DNA of 62,426 bases, filler included, from Sphacelaria rigidula (lineage: Eukaryota), in the NCBI GenBank assembly GCA_964200075.2. It is 9 parts of 9 records of this genome, joined end to end, with 100 filler letters (N's around TTAATTAATTAA, not from the genome) between each part and the next. Parts side by side here need not be neighbours in the genome. Positions count along the whole stretch, not along the records: positions 20,845 to 27,692 come from CAXNAA020017781.1; positions 27,793 to 34,639 come from CAXNAA020017782.1; positions 34,740 to 41,586 come from CAXNAA020017783.1; 6 more parts are not named here. One strand, given 5' to 3'. The translations under genes and the position numbers were made by a program. The notes below the pieces were generated by a model, which made no database searches, was not told the origin of the DNA, and saw only the letters and a program-made list of their open reading frames with translations. How positions within the stretch are numbered: the stretch's first letter is position 1; every line of letters begins with the position of its first letter. Positions 25,146-38,000 of this stretch are shown piece by piece.

Positions 25146-27460
25146 CGACACGATACAGGCCATCAACAGCAGTGTGGGTACGGACTTCTTGGCCAGTAGT
25201 CCTCCCCTCCCGAACACCCCAACGTCAGCACCAATATCATCACCATCATCGCCATCATCATCATCACCCTGCCCACGCTTCCTCTCATTAAACCCGCGAC
25301 CCTTTGTCTCCACACCATCACCATCACGGCCGCCAACGGCGAAAACATCCCCCTCATTGGCGGCGCTTGCTCCACGCGCAGGCTGCTCCCTCCCCCCGGC
25401 CTCTTCGCCGGGCAGCATAAGACGGGCTTTACCATCGGCCTCAACGTCGTTACCATATTCCCCACCAAGTCCACCAACAACCACACCGCCAGCCGAACTC
25501 GCCTCACTATTACTGCTGTAATGCTTTTCAATCAAGCTTTTTCCTTCTGCTGCTTTTGCTTCTCGTGTCCTCTTCATCGTGTCCTCTGTACCAGGAGCGG
25601 ACTCTAGGGGGCTGAAATCATACGCATCGGACGTCGTCACCGTGCTTTTCGTGAAAGTGGCAGTGTCCCCTGTCGTATTCCGGTGGATGCTGTCCCCCGG
25701 CTCGCTCACAGCCGCCGAACCGCACGGTGATTGAGGCCTGATTTAGACGAGTGCCGGCGGGTGGGAGGCGGTGGGCACGGGGGGCGGGAGGGGAAAGGTG
25801 TCTTGCCCATGGTCCTCTGTGGACATTAATGCGCCAAGAAAATTGGACAGGTGAAGGGTTTTGCTTTGCTTGCATTGAATTAACAATGGAGGCATGCACA
25901 TAACATCTATGAGTACTCGGATTCAGTTGCCGTGCAAGCCAAACTGTGACTTCATCAACTCCCTCCCCCACGAAACGGTACTTTTCGACCCAAGTGCTTC
26001 CCACTTCACTACGACCTACACCTTATTTTGAGGCCGGGATGGAGGGGGGTTGGGGGGGGCATACTGATTTGTTGCTTGCCTTAGTCGTTTGACCATTGAC
26101 TACGCATCTCTTCCGAGACTTAGGGGAGGAGAGGGGGGGGGGGGGTTGACACAATCAAAATACGATTTTTGCGAGTGCCAGACTCGCATGTGCGCTAGTA
26201 GACGGATCGACATGCACATGTGTACAGTAATTTTGAGTGCCTGCACACGTACAAAAACATGCGGTACAGGATGGAGTAAGTCAGGCCTGCTCAATTGGTC
26301 AACGGCATTACGGCGAGACCAAATACTTGATACAACGTACCAGTCGACCCAGTCTCCAAGAGGCGCAGGAGGGGGAGGTAATGGGGGAGGTCCCTTCTGC
26401 ATGCTGTTATCTACGATACTGTGTGTTGCTTCGATCGCACCGACAGTGGCGGTTAGTGGCAAAGATTACTCAAACAAAACAGTTCAACTTCATCCGAAAA
26501 ACGGCATTTGGGTCTTTTCTTGGATGTGTCAACGAATCCAAGTTCGGAGGGTGAAGGAGTAATACCCGGGTGGTAACACTTTCTCATGTCCCAATATTAC
26601 TGTACGCTCATTCCCCGCGGCAATCGCGGAGAAAACTGCGACATGGGAATGAACAAAGAACATCATTTCAGTGCCATGAATCGAATAAGCAGGCACCTGA
26701 GTCAAGGCGGAGACAGTGCCCAAAAGCCCAAGCGATATCAATAGCCAGGTATGTCAAGCGACATTCACGAGCAGCTAACAAATTCGAAGGACGGTGAGAG
26801 GCTAGAAAAACCAACCGACGTTGCTTGCTGCGAGACGAATCAGTCAATCTTTTCACAAGACAAGAAACCCGGAGCTAAGTCTCACGACCGTCTGAATCAA
26901 ACGACCATACGCACCGATGGGACAGGCAGGAACGACCAGTGCAAGTAAGCGATGATCACGGTCGTTGAATGCCAGCGGACAGTATTGGCTACAAATCAGA
27001 CGACGTCATTGAACAGAAGTCAAGTGATCAGAAACAGCCTGCAGCCCAAGACACGACGAAGCCAAGTATCCAAGGAAAAAGAGTGAGTGGGAGTAAAAGG
27101 AGTAGTAGCGAGCACTAATATCGAGCCACGGTGACGACCTGTGACATAAGAGGACGCACTGATTGACGGCATAACTTTGATGTATTCTCACGTTTCTCTT
27201 CTTTCCCTCGCTTTCCCTCCCTCTCCCTTTCTGCCCCGTGTCGCAAGGGATGCGTGGTCGACGGTCAGACGACTAAGGCAAGCAACAAATGAGTACGCCC
27301 CCCCCCCCCTCTCTTTCTATCTCACATTTGTGCCTCGGAGTGGGCGTTTTCACGGCGGTCGGCTTGAAGCCGACTTGTTTCGGGTACACAGAAAATGACG
27401 AGCGGCACAGCAACGGCGGCCAAAACCGCCGGTATCAAGTTAGGCAGGAGGTACGGGAAC
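25146..27460 (-). CDS. MFS transporter, ZIF/ZIFL-like, partial; exons 27460-27326 and 25737-25146
   Basis: FPYLLPNLIPAVLAAVAVPLVIFCVPET is the typical TM6/PET motif of ZIFL-type MFS proteins. It splices in phase 2 to a long acidic central loop ending GLLAKKSVPTLLLMACIVS (start of TM7), with a GTGAG donor. Confidence 0.8.
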
Positions 27461-27792
27461 CTGTTGTTGTACAAAACAAATGCGGGAAGAACACACGTAG
27501 TAAACAATTGAGAAGAAACGGAGGGGAAGCATTTGGAGACTATTCACATACTCCACGTCAACTGAGGTACTGTTAACGTCGAGGTTAGTCCTAATCTCTG
27601 TAGCACCGGATATACAACACTGAACAACAGATTGTGCGAATTGAGGTTTAACTCCGATATGAGGTTCAAGCCTAAAACAGTGCTTTCCCCACNNNNNNNN
27701 NNNNNNNNNNNNNNNNNNNNNNNNNNNNNNNNNNNNTTAATTAATTAANNNNNNNNNNNNNNNNNNNNNNNNNNNNNNNNNNNNNNNNNNNN

Positions 27793-29450
27793 CGGCGTAG
27801 AGCATGGCCCAGAGCACTTTGCTGAGTTCGTCCCTCGTTTTCCCGCCCCTTTGAGCGATTCGGATGAAATCCTTCACCACCGCTTTGTTGATCGAGAAGC
27901 GGTCGAACGATATTGTCATCACCGCCGCGAAGAAGATGTTGAACAGATCGGGGGAAAGTACACAACCTTGGCGGAGGCCCTGGTTGACGTCAAACCACTC
28001 AGATGTCTCGCCACTGTTCAGGCGTACGCATGCCCGCATGCCGTCGTGGGATTGGCGGATGATGAAAACTACCTTGGCGGGTATACCGTAGCGTGCTAGA
28101 ACTTTCGAGAGAAGAGAGCGATCCACCGAGTCGTACACTTTTTGGAGGTCGATGAAGCACATATACAGAGGAAGATTCTTCTCTCGGGCCAGTTCTTGGA
28201 GTCTGCGGACAACGAACATCATGTCGACTGTGGAACGGCCAGGTCGGAAACCGCATTGCGGTTCTGGGAGGATTCCCTTCCACTCGCAGTAGGCACTGAG
28301 GCGAGTCGCAACTATCTTGAGCGCCACCTTGCCCGCGTGGGATCCGAGAGAAATACCGCGGTAGTTGCCGCATTCGTACGGGTCCCGTTTTTCTAAGAGC
28401 ACCTTGATTATAGTGTCTTTCCACTCTTGCGGTACAACTTCCTGACGCCACACGGTGAGCACGATGTCGTGGAGGCACTTCAGGATGGCAGAGTCTTCAG
28501 TGCGGCCGAGCTTCAACAGTTCACCACAGATGTCGTCCGTCCCAATGGCCTTACCGTTCGCCACTTTGCCCTCCGGTTGCTTCACTTCTGCCATCGAGGG
28601 CTCCGCCACGAGCGGTGTGTGCTCTGGCAGTTGTTCGATGAGATCGATGACAGAGTGATCGATTGTAGGTGAGGTTGCGTGCAGCAGTGTGTCAAACCAT
28701 TCCTTCCATCGTTGCAGGATAGCTTGCTCGTCTCGTCACAGCTCGCCAGTCGCGCTCCGGATGTAGGCTGAGTCGCTCTGCTTCTTCCCTTCCAGTTCCA
28801 AGGACTTGATATGCTGGTACAGTCCTGCTTGATCCTTCTTGCGAACAAAGTCAGCGGTCCAGACTGTGAACTCGTCGACAAAGTTCTGCAGCTCAGCATC
28901 CTTCACCCGCTTAAACGCCTTGTCCGTCACCTTCAGCGCCTTGTTCAGGACAGTGTCTTTGGGATTTGCTCGTTGTGTTTTTCCATACACTTTCCCGGAG
29001 ATCCCATGCCTTTTGGAGGCGATCCTGAGCTTGAGGCGACTCACTGAAACCTCTAGATGGGGTTTTCTTGGGGCATCGAGGGAGTGTATCCGCAGCAGTC
29101 TGTCGCAGGGCGCTGGCGAAGGTAGATGCCATGTGGTTGACGTCCATTACTGCGGGGGAATCAGTGACATTCGGGAGCTTAACGACAATGGCCTGTGCAA
29201 CAGTAGCTCTCCAGCTTCGGTCGGATGCGAGGGCTTGGCGGTCGAAACGCACCCCCCTATCCCCGTCTCTCGGTTGCGGATGGCGGTTGGGGGCGTTCCG
29301 TCCAAGGAGACGGATGGCGGCAGAGACCAGACGATGATCCGATTTCATCTCGGGGTGCACCGTGGCATTTCGGACGAGTCTGCGGTCTTGCTGACGTACG
29401 AGGATGTAGTCCAGGCGCCAGCGGTGTTCGACCTTCGGCCCCGAATATGT
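27793..29450 (-). mobile_element. RTE-clade LINE, frameshifted; end of AP endonuclease plus N-terminal part of reverse transcriptase, cut by the contig end
   Basis: LDYILVRQQDRRLV..SDHRLV (endonuclease); [73 protein letters not shown] (RT). Split over several frames. Confidence 0.95.
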
Positions 29451-29523
29451 GTACGCAGTCGAGTTTTCCCCGCGAATTGGTGTGCGAAAAAAAGTGTACC
29501 AAAACTTTTTTTTTCATGAGTTA

Positions 29524-30797
29524 GGACCTGTCTTAGCCAAGGATGTCGGCTGACAGGGTTTGGACTCCTTGACAGACTGTCAAACGCCAATTGACTGTCT
29601 CGACAGCCTTGACAGAGTAACGCCTGACCATATAGCTGAAACCCGAAACGCCATTTTTTTTCGGCCATGTTTTCCGAGCAAATGCGGTACATTTTATACT
29701 TTGATCCGTATCAATGTCGTTTTGGGGGTTGTATGCATGCTGCATGCTATTTTTCGGCATACTACAGCATTACAGCGTATCCACGAGGCAGTGCACGCCG
29801 TGTGCCGTGCGTTCGTAGTGAATTTGGTTGTCATTGCATCACAGTCTTGCGCAAAATTAAAAATACATAATATCGGAACAGAAACTGACCTCTTTTCGGC
29901 CCGTTGCGTGCTGCTGCGAGCCGCAAGCGCAGATTCAGCGATGTGGGCTTGTTTTGTGTACTTCACATGACATGTGGGCGAAGTTTCAGTGCGATGCAGC
30001 GCCGACAGCGCACGTATGGTCGTATTCCCGAACTGAGTACCTCCACAAGCGATGTGTGTCCGAGATTTCTTCAAATGATCATTATCCACAGGGTATGACA
30101 CCGTTGTAGGGATGAAACCAGACACATCATCGCTGACTGGCGCCTGTGCCATACCTGGTATCTCTGTGTCCTGTCTCTGTCCCCTCTCTCGTAGCTCGTG
30201 GCTGTATGCTGTATACTTAGTACACTGTACTGTACCCTGTATTTTTTGTGTTTGGTTCTAGAGGTCACGCTCGACAATCAAAATAGCCAGTAACCGTTTT
30301 TATGCTACCGAATTATGCCGCATAACAGAGGATTATGCTAGCTCAGCCCTGATTACGCTGGCATTAAATGCTCGTATGCTACTTCGGGCAAAAAAGACGA
30401 ATTGTGCGAGAAATTTTACCGGCACAAAGGACTCAGGGCTAGTTATGTGAAAGGAATAAAAAGGGTTTCTACAGATATGGGTAGGCGTTATTTACCCCGG
30501 GGACAGGGGATGTTTTGTCTTGACGACGCCAAACGCCTTGACAGACAGCCTTGACAGCTTAACAGCCTTGACAGCCTTGACAGCTTGACAGCTTGACGTC
30601 AACCGACATCCTTGGTCTTAGCTCATCAGTTTTCGATCGAAAAAGTGCGGTGGAAAACAAATATCCTGATCTGATAGGTCATGATTTCAACCATCTTCAA
30701 AATTAACGACGATGGTTGAAATCACGACTTATCAGATTGGGATTTTTGCTTTCCACCGCACAATTTCGATCGAAAACTCATGTGGTAAGACAGGGCC
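29524..30797. mobile_element. PIF/Harbinger(Tourist)-like hairpin MITE (~190 bp once the insert is removed) with TTA target-site duplication, interrupted by a nested element
   Basis: tta|ggacctgtcttag ... gtaagacagggcc|tta; palindromic body 30623-30797; uninterrupted relative at 42544-42735. Confidence 0.8.
29538..30614. mobile_element. hAT- or P-like non-autonomous element, 1077 bp, CAAGGATGTCGG TIRs, 8-bp TSD GTCTTAGC
   Basis: gtcttagc|caaggatgtcggctgac ... gtcaaccgacatccttg|gtcttagc; cttgacag subterminal repeats at both ends. Confidence 0.9.
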
Positions 30798-30997
30798 TTA
30801 AGGGCATTTTACTGATACCTGAAAACTGATTATTGCCCTTAGCATTTTGGTACACTCGTAATTTTTTATATGCCCTATGCATTGTCCGTACCAAATTTCA
30901 CGCCCCAACTCTGGCCAGCGCATTCGCCTTTTAAAAACCGGGCCGGTAAAAATTCGGAACAATATTTCGCAGGTCATTCACCGGCCCATGTTCACAA

Positions 30998-31574
30998 CAA
31001 GGTTGTGTTCTGGAAGGTACGGGTACGTTCTGTAGGGTATGGGATTCCCTACAGAACTCACAGGAATATCGGGTACCGGTATGAAAGTCTTACAGAGTTT
31101 ACAGAACTATCGGGTCCCGGTATGAAAGTCCTACAGAAATTAAAGAACTTGTCGGTATGGGAGGCTTACAGAAAATCGGTACCGGCAATCGGGTAAGTTT
31201 TTTAGGGTCTGCATACCCGCCCCTCAGGTTAGGGCAAAAATTTTGGACAGAGCTCACGGAACTGTCGGGTAAGGGTATAGGAGGATTACAGAACTCACAG
31301 AAACTGTCGGGTAGGGTACGGAGGTTGCACAGAAAACCGTACCCACAATCAGGCATCTTATCAAGAGCGTACCCGTGCCCCCCGGTAACGGTACGGGAGA
31401 CTTACAGATATTACAGAACTATCGGGTACGGGTATGAATGTCTTACAGAGATTACAGAACTGTCGGGTATCGGTATGGAAATCTTACAGAGTTTACATAA
31501 CTGTCGGGTACGATATATACCCGGCAAAATACCCCAGGTATACAGAGAACCGTACCGTACAAAACACGACCTTG
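30998..31574. mobile_element. MITE with CAAGGT(T/C)GTGTT TIRs and internal acagaact arrays
   Basis: caaggttgtgttctg at 30998 and caaaacacgaccttg ending at 31574; the same right end occurs at 33560-33575. No TSD matched. Confidence 0.7.
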
Positions 31575-32256
31575 GTATTATTATCACCCCTGTGGTGGGA
31601 CCTACGTCACTGGGCGAAATACAGTTCACGAAAACTCTGAACGTGCTCACGGGGCTGATAAAGAAGAAGTACACAAACAATCGCAGTAGTACATGTGCAC
31701 GGGATCGTCAACACCTATCGGTTTCACTTACACTCCCAGAGAGTACATGAAGGAGCATTCACGGCTGCCCGTTCTCTCGAAGCCCTTCGGCACGCGACAA
31801 AATCGCCGACGGCCTTGACGACTTTCTGTGGCAGATCATCCTCTTTGCTGTACTTGTCGATGACGGTCTGGGGTTTGATGACCACGACACAACCACCTTC
31901 AACGTCGATGACGTGCGTCTTGCTACTTGATCCTCTGGTGGCGCAGATGAACCGCCCCCGCTCGAACCTCCACTCCAGTCTGGGGATGATCCATCCTGAC
32001 GGTCTGCAGTGCTGCTCATGTTTCTTGTTTTCACTCAGCGGAACCTCGTATCCATCCCGTCAGATTCCAAACTAAAGAACTTTTCGAAATTGAATTATTG
32101 TTTGTGTGTAGTTCTGAATGAAGGAGTTGGGTGGGTTGATCGATGGGAGGCACATATTCAGGTCTTGAGTTTGTGTTTGGGTTGAACCTATATCCGTACC
32201 TCCCCAGGGCACATACCTGTGCTCATACCTGCAATCGGGTATATCTATAACGGTAT

Positions 32257-32291
32257 ACCCTAACCCTAACCCTAACCCTAACCTTAACCCC
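32257..32291 (+). repeat. Interstitial telomere-like (CCCTAA)n repeat
   Basis: accctaaccctaaccctaaccctaaccttaacccc. Confidence 0.8.
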
Positions 32292-34739
32292 GGGTAGGGG
32301 TATGGGAGGCTTACAGAGTTCACTAAACTGTCGGGTACCAGTACTGGATGAAAGTCCTACAGAAATTACAGAACTTGTCGGGTACGGTATGGGAGGCTTA
32401 CAGAAAATCGGTACCGGCAATCGGGTAAATGTTTTAGGGCATACCCGCCCCTCAGGTTAGGGCAAAAATTTTGGACAGAACTCGCAGAATTGTTGGGTAC
32501 GGGTATGGGAGGCTTACATAACTCACAGAAACTGTCGGGTAGGTATGGAGTTTGCACAGAAAACCGTACCCGCAATCAGGTATCTTATTAAGAGCGCACC
32601 CGTGCCCCCCGGTAACGGTACGGGAGTCTTACAGAGATTACAGAACTATCGGGTAAGGGTATGAAAGTCCTACGAGCTGGGCCAGCTTAAAAGCTGCTAA
32701 AACTTGCTCACACCACAGCTTCACCAGTTTCCCGAATGAATCCGATGTAAGCATATCACTGTCAAGTGTAGATCAACCTGGTTACACACGGCACCGCCGC
32801 TGAATGAAAAAAAAAATGTACTGAGTCATGCTACGAAAGAGGGGGGGGTGTTCGATTCCACGAGAAAAATGGCTCATAGGTGCGTCAGATGACCCCACAC
32901 ACTCACGATGCGCTTGTATTTGGGTAAAAGCGATGTCAAACAGAATAAATGAGCGTTATAGATCGGAAGTAAGCGCGTTCGAACTACCGTTGCTGCTGTC
33001 AACGACGATTGCAAGTAGAGTTTCGTGGAAGAAAGCATAATGTATGACCGTGACGAAAAGAATCTGTCGGGATTCGAACTCACAACCTCTATTATTGGAG
33101 TCTCCCATCACTTGATTTAAAGGGGTGCAGCAGCGTAACGGAAAAGTTTGAACGCACGGCCCAATTCGACGACTCTTGAGCTGAAATTCAGGAAGACCTT
33201 CTGCACCCAAGGAACTGATACTTGACATGTCCAGCTGCAGATTCTCTTTTTTTCCTGGACTCACGACATCATCTTATTTTTACCGAAATTTCAAATGCCG
33301 ATAACTTTTTCTTTCCTCCTTTTTTTCTTTGCTGGTCACGTGATCTTCTGCATTTCGATCACCAAAAGCTGCTGTCAAAATTTCAGCGCCCAACTCCTAA
33401 TATCGCGCCGCGCGTCGCCTGGGCGACATTCACACCTACTTTTGGCTAGCCCAGCTTGTACAGAGATTACAGAACTGTCGGGTATCGGTATGAAAGTCTT
33501 ACGGAAGTCACAGAACTGTCGGATACAAAATACCCCGGGTATACAGAAAACCGTACCTTATAGAACACAACCTTGCACGTTTGGTTTTCGTGTATTGAAA
33601 TTCTGCGTGGGCCCTCGCTTTGGCATAATTAACAAAATTCAGTGGGTCAGGTTTATTTTTTAATTTTTCTCACTGGTTCGGGGCGTTCTAGTATGGTAAA
33701 GACCATTTTTTCACGAGAACGCCCTGACCTATTCGAAAAAAATGAAGACTTTTTTTTTTTTTCTCGGCATACCTTCGCGGTTCTCCATGCTAAGTTTCAA
33801 ATCACATTTCTAAAAATTGAGATGAGGCCCAAGAGCAATGTTCATTTCTTCTCAAAACTCGACTGGAAACACGAAAAAATGAAATAAAATGAAATTAAAA
33901 AAAAAGAAAAAGCTAAAAACCTGTTTTGTTTATTCTAGGCCGGATGTTATGGCCCACGGATTGTTCACTTTTGGGATGTCTGACTCACCTTTTGACCCCC
34001 AAACAGGGAAAAGCACCAACACACGTCTCGGACACTTTGCATCGCCCCACAGAGAGGAGCGCAGTCTGCTGTTCAGATTTGCTTGGGTTCGAGGCTTCGA
34101 GATTGGCCGCTGAACGAAAATTCGTGCGCAAAAATCTGTGCTCATCCCGGCAGTTATGCTTGCGCGCTACAATAGTCGAACCTATGGTACCCAGGATGAA
34201 TCACCAGCGTCTTGTCGTTCGCCTCAGGTTTTCTCAGCTACTATGTTGTTCATCACGTTCGTCTGCGGGGAAATATCGTCCGCCCCAGGTACCTGTCTTT
34301 CGACTCAGAGTAACGAGTTACAGTTATATCACACGATACAGCGGCGCTAGTGCCGAAGCGACAGCTCCATACAACCGCACGATCGACCACTCTCATCGAA
34401 TCCTTGTGCGACGAATCGTTTTATCCAGTGGAGGCATCGTGTATATACATCATCCCCAGTAAAATGGTTGCAAAGCACAGACCCATACGCAGAAGGGATC
34501 TTTCCCACAACCACTCTACACACCGTACCGTATTTTGGTCAGATTTACACAGCTGCATTAGATCTAGCCATTTCCTCCCTTGATATATTTTTTGGACTGC
34601 CCCTTCCAACCTCACCTCACCAAGGCGGGTGCTACTCGCNNNNNNNNNNNNNNNNNNNNNNNNNNNNNNNNNNNNNNNNNNNNTTAATTAATTAANNNNN
34701 NNNNNNNNNNNNNNNNNNNNNNNNNNNNNNNNNNNNNNN

Positions 34740-34810
34740 TCCGGGAATCGAACCCCCCAACTCAACCATCAGAAGGTTACGAGGTTACCAACTGAGCCAC
34801 CGGGGCGACC
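34740..34810 (-). mobile_element. tRNA-derived SINE head, truncated by the contig start
   Basis: Minus strand GGTCGCCCCGGTGGCTCAGTTGGTAACCTCGTAACCTTCTG...GGTTCGATTCCCGG contains Pol III A and B boxes; the same head starts the copies at 45117 and 53704. Confidence 0.75.
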
Positions 34811-35086
34811 GGCTCATGTACCACGTGTAATTCCTAGCGTCCCGACTCTACGACACCACGAGGTACGGCGCTTGTGTGCCATACTTTGAGGCACAAGGTC
34901 CGCGCAGACTGGAAGACCCACAGGGCTGACCCGGCACATTTTTACCGTTGCCACCACTTAACCTTCACTCACAAAAAGGCACTGCACGCATGTATACAAA
35001 TAGGCAAGTCGAACGCTGCGCGAGCCAGTTCTTACTTTGTTGATAGCTTTCATATTTTCGTTGCATACGTCTAACGACCGCATCAG

Positions 35087-38000
35087 AAGGGTGGTCAAGA
35101 GGCGGAAACGCAGACGCTCCGCAACGTGTTTCGGTCGCTGAGGGACAGCGTAAACGCACCAGGGGGCGTGCTCGGCTCTTCTGGGAGGCCACACGAGCTG
35201 GAAGGGGTGTTTCATCGGCTGACAAATCCGGACACCTTCCGCCGAATCGTAACGTCGGGACTGTCAGAAGAGGAACAAGCCGCCGTCCCAAGAACATTTC
35301 AGGTGCTTTAAGAGAGAGGTAGGGTTAGGCCTCGCCTTATCAGGATCAACGTTTTTTGGTTTTTTGCTTGTCATAATTTTAACCCCTCGCCTCCTTCGGC
35401 GGCGAATCTTCAATTTCCAAGGATACACTCATCTTTCCCCCGGTACACGCCTCCTTACATTCTGGTACCGCGGATTAAATCAGCATTCCTGCACCGCGTC
35501 AATTTTAGTGATCACATTTGTTTGCTACTTACGTCCTCTCCTCAGGTTTTCAACGGCAGGAATCAGATACTGTACCCCTCACCATCACAAAAAAACAGTA
35601 TCTGCTGGCTTCCGAAGCCCCAATTTCACCACAACCGCTTGTAACATGTACCCGTTGGACCACCGCCGCGCGGCGGGCAAAAGCGTTTCTTTTGTCCTTT
35701 TTTTTCCTTTCCCTTCTTCCATTTTCTACAGGAGCTAGTCGGAAAATTCAATCGTGAAACGTGAATGAGGTTTTCCCGTTTCCGAGTAAAGCATGTGTCG
35801 AAATCGTTTTTTCATCGACAAAAATCGTGTTACCAAGTCATTATTCCGAGAAGATATGGCACAAGAATCTAGGCTATAGGTGCGGGGTGAGATTGTTTTT
35901 TTGGGGGGGGATACTCCTTTCATTGCAGAGGGCTCCACTTGTGTTCCACCAGCTGATGTGATTTCCACCGGGTGCTCATCGAATGGAAAGACCGTCAACC
36001 GTAGCGTTGAGGCTAGAGTCGGCTGAGGGCTAGGATTGGGTACGGATTGGAATTAGGGAAGGGCTACGGTTTACGGTTAGACTTGGGTCAGCATTGTATC
36101 ATAGATAGTGAGGTTAGTTAGCCGCCACGTGGTGATCACCGTCGTCTCTTTTGCACGAATGTATTGCAATATCCTCGTGCACCCCTTCGATCCTTCACCA
36201 TGATCACATCGATTACCGTCGGTCATGTCCGCTTGCTGCATTCGAAGTATTCATGGAATGACGGCGCCGAATCAAGAATGAAGCCAATGCGGCCAGAAGC
36301 GAATCCGACACTGCAGAGGCGAGAAATGTTCGTCCATGTTCCCCTTTTCACGATCACTTGCACATCTACAGTTAACTACAGGTTGGCGTGAAAAATTCTG
36401 CACGGGTCTGTTGTTTTCGTCTGACAAGATGAGTCAAGATGACACGACTCGAGACAGGATGTTACGATTCGAGATATGATTACGCATCACAGGGTATTCG
36501 CTGCCTTCTTCCGTTGCACACACACATCCACAGGAGTTGCTTCGGAACCCTCTATACTCGACAGCCGTGGAAGAGTCTTTGCCCAAAGTGGTCGCGCAAG
36601 CCGCCTCTGTACTAGAGGGCGTGAAAGAGAGGGGCAGAAAAGTTGGAGACACCATGGATCCGGATACTGAGGAAACCCTGAGGCCACAGGTGCCGCAAAA
36701 CCAAAGAGGACTGTCTTGTTCTGTTTCAAGATCGTGATGCTGCTAGAGAGAGCATGCCATTTTCCCCCTCGTGTTTCTTGTGTTTTCGTCGTTACATTAC
36801 AGTATATCGATATTTGCGGCAGACCCCGTTTGGCAAATTCCTGTTCGTAGGGGCCGGAATAATTGTATGCAAAGGTTTCCCTTTTTTACCTTCTAGCGTC
36901 CGCTCCCTCCACTTCATTCGACCGTTAGACTTGGAATCGACCTATCGATGTAGGCACGGTTCGACCACGGGCTGATTACGGAGCACAACATCCCCTGCAA
37001 GTTTTTTTTATCTAAATGGGGCTCATCAGTCAGTGGAAAGTTTTACGTCCTCGATTTGTTTCTGTAGATTCAGGGCCACTTGATGGTGGTGGAGGTAGGT
37101 CATCGTGTTTTATGGACGGCTCGGATACTTCAAACCTCTGTTGACCCGTGTTTGAATTGTGAGCGTGACATCGGCGCACCCCACCCCTTCAGATACATTG
37201 CCTATACGCGTGTGTGAGCTTTTTTTTGTTACATCGATTTTCTCAAAAACGGTAGCAGCCACACAATTTGTGGCCATGTGTTATGCACCGGAAACGTTTG
37301 TCGTTGGAAAGATCTCCTCGCGAAAATCTGTGTGATTCGGAGAGTGCAACAGGATCTCGCTCTCGAGGGAGTGCGAGATATTGAGAAGATATCATCACGG
37401 AAGATTATTGTGCTACAGTACCCCGTGGTACTATCTGTCACCCCAGTCTCCGCTTTCTGGTGTTCAGTGGCCTACCTCTCTTCCGCATCATCTCTTTCGG
37501 CTTGAGCCTTCTTCAGAGTGCCCTAACCTAGCCGATATTGTGGGTGACACGAGCTTGCATTGTTTTTTTATTAGTCATCATGTTGGACGTATTTTTGTTC
37601 GGGTGGGCGGTCGGAAGATACCAGTGCCAAAGTCACAGTTGCAAAAATAATTTGACCTGAGATCCTCCGGCTGTCGAGTTACGGGCTGGTCTACCCCCCA
37701 TCGAAGTACTGCTGCCAGCCTTGACGGTTTCCCTACACCCGCTGACACTACTACGCACGTTGGTCGATGAAACCGAAGACAGATTCTGCAGGAGGCATTC
37801 GCTCGCATGGTGCTCGATGTTGTGTCAGCGGTGCACGCCCGAACGAGGGCTCAGGTGAGATTGTGTTATTCCGAGAAACGGTTACACTAGCTTAAAATGT
37901 GATCATTTTCTCAACGTGTCAATTCCTTTCTGCACGATACTACTCTGACTTTCGTGCGTTTGGAAAAACGTTCGATGTTTGGAGGCTTGGGGGGTGTCGG

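Noticed and set aside
30870..33663. TELSG-repeat protein family
   Set aside because: Translations of the non-coding acagaact MITE arrays.
34740..34810. Functional tRNA gene (also 45117 and 53704)
   Set aside because: A and B boxes are present, but I could not form a proper acceptor or anticodon stem, and the other two copies continue into a shared non-tRNA body, as SINEs do.
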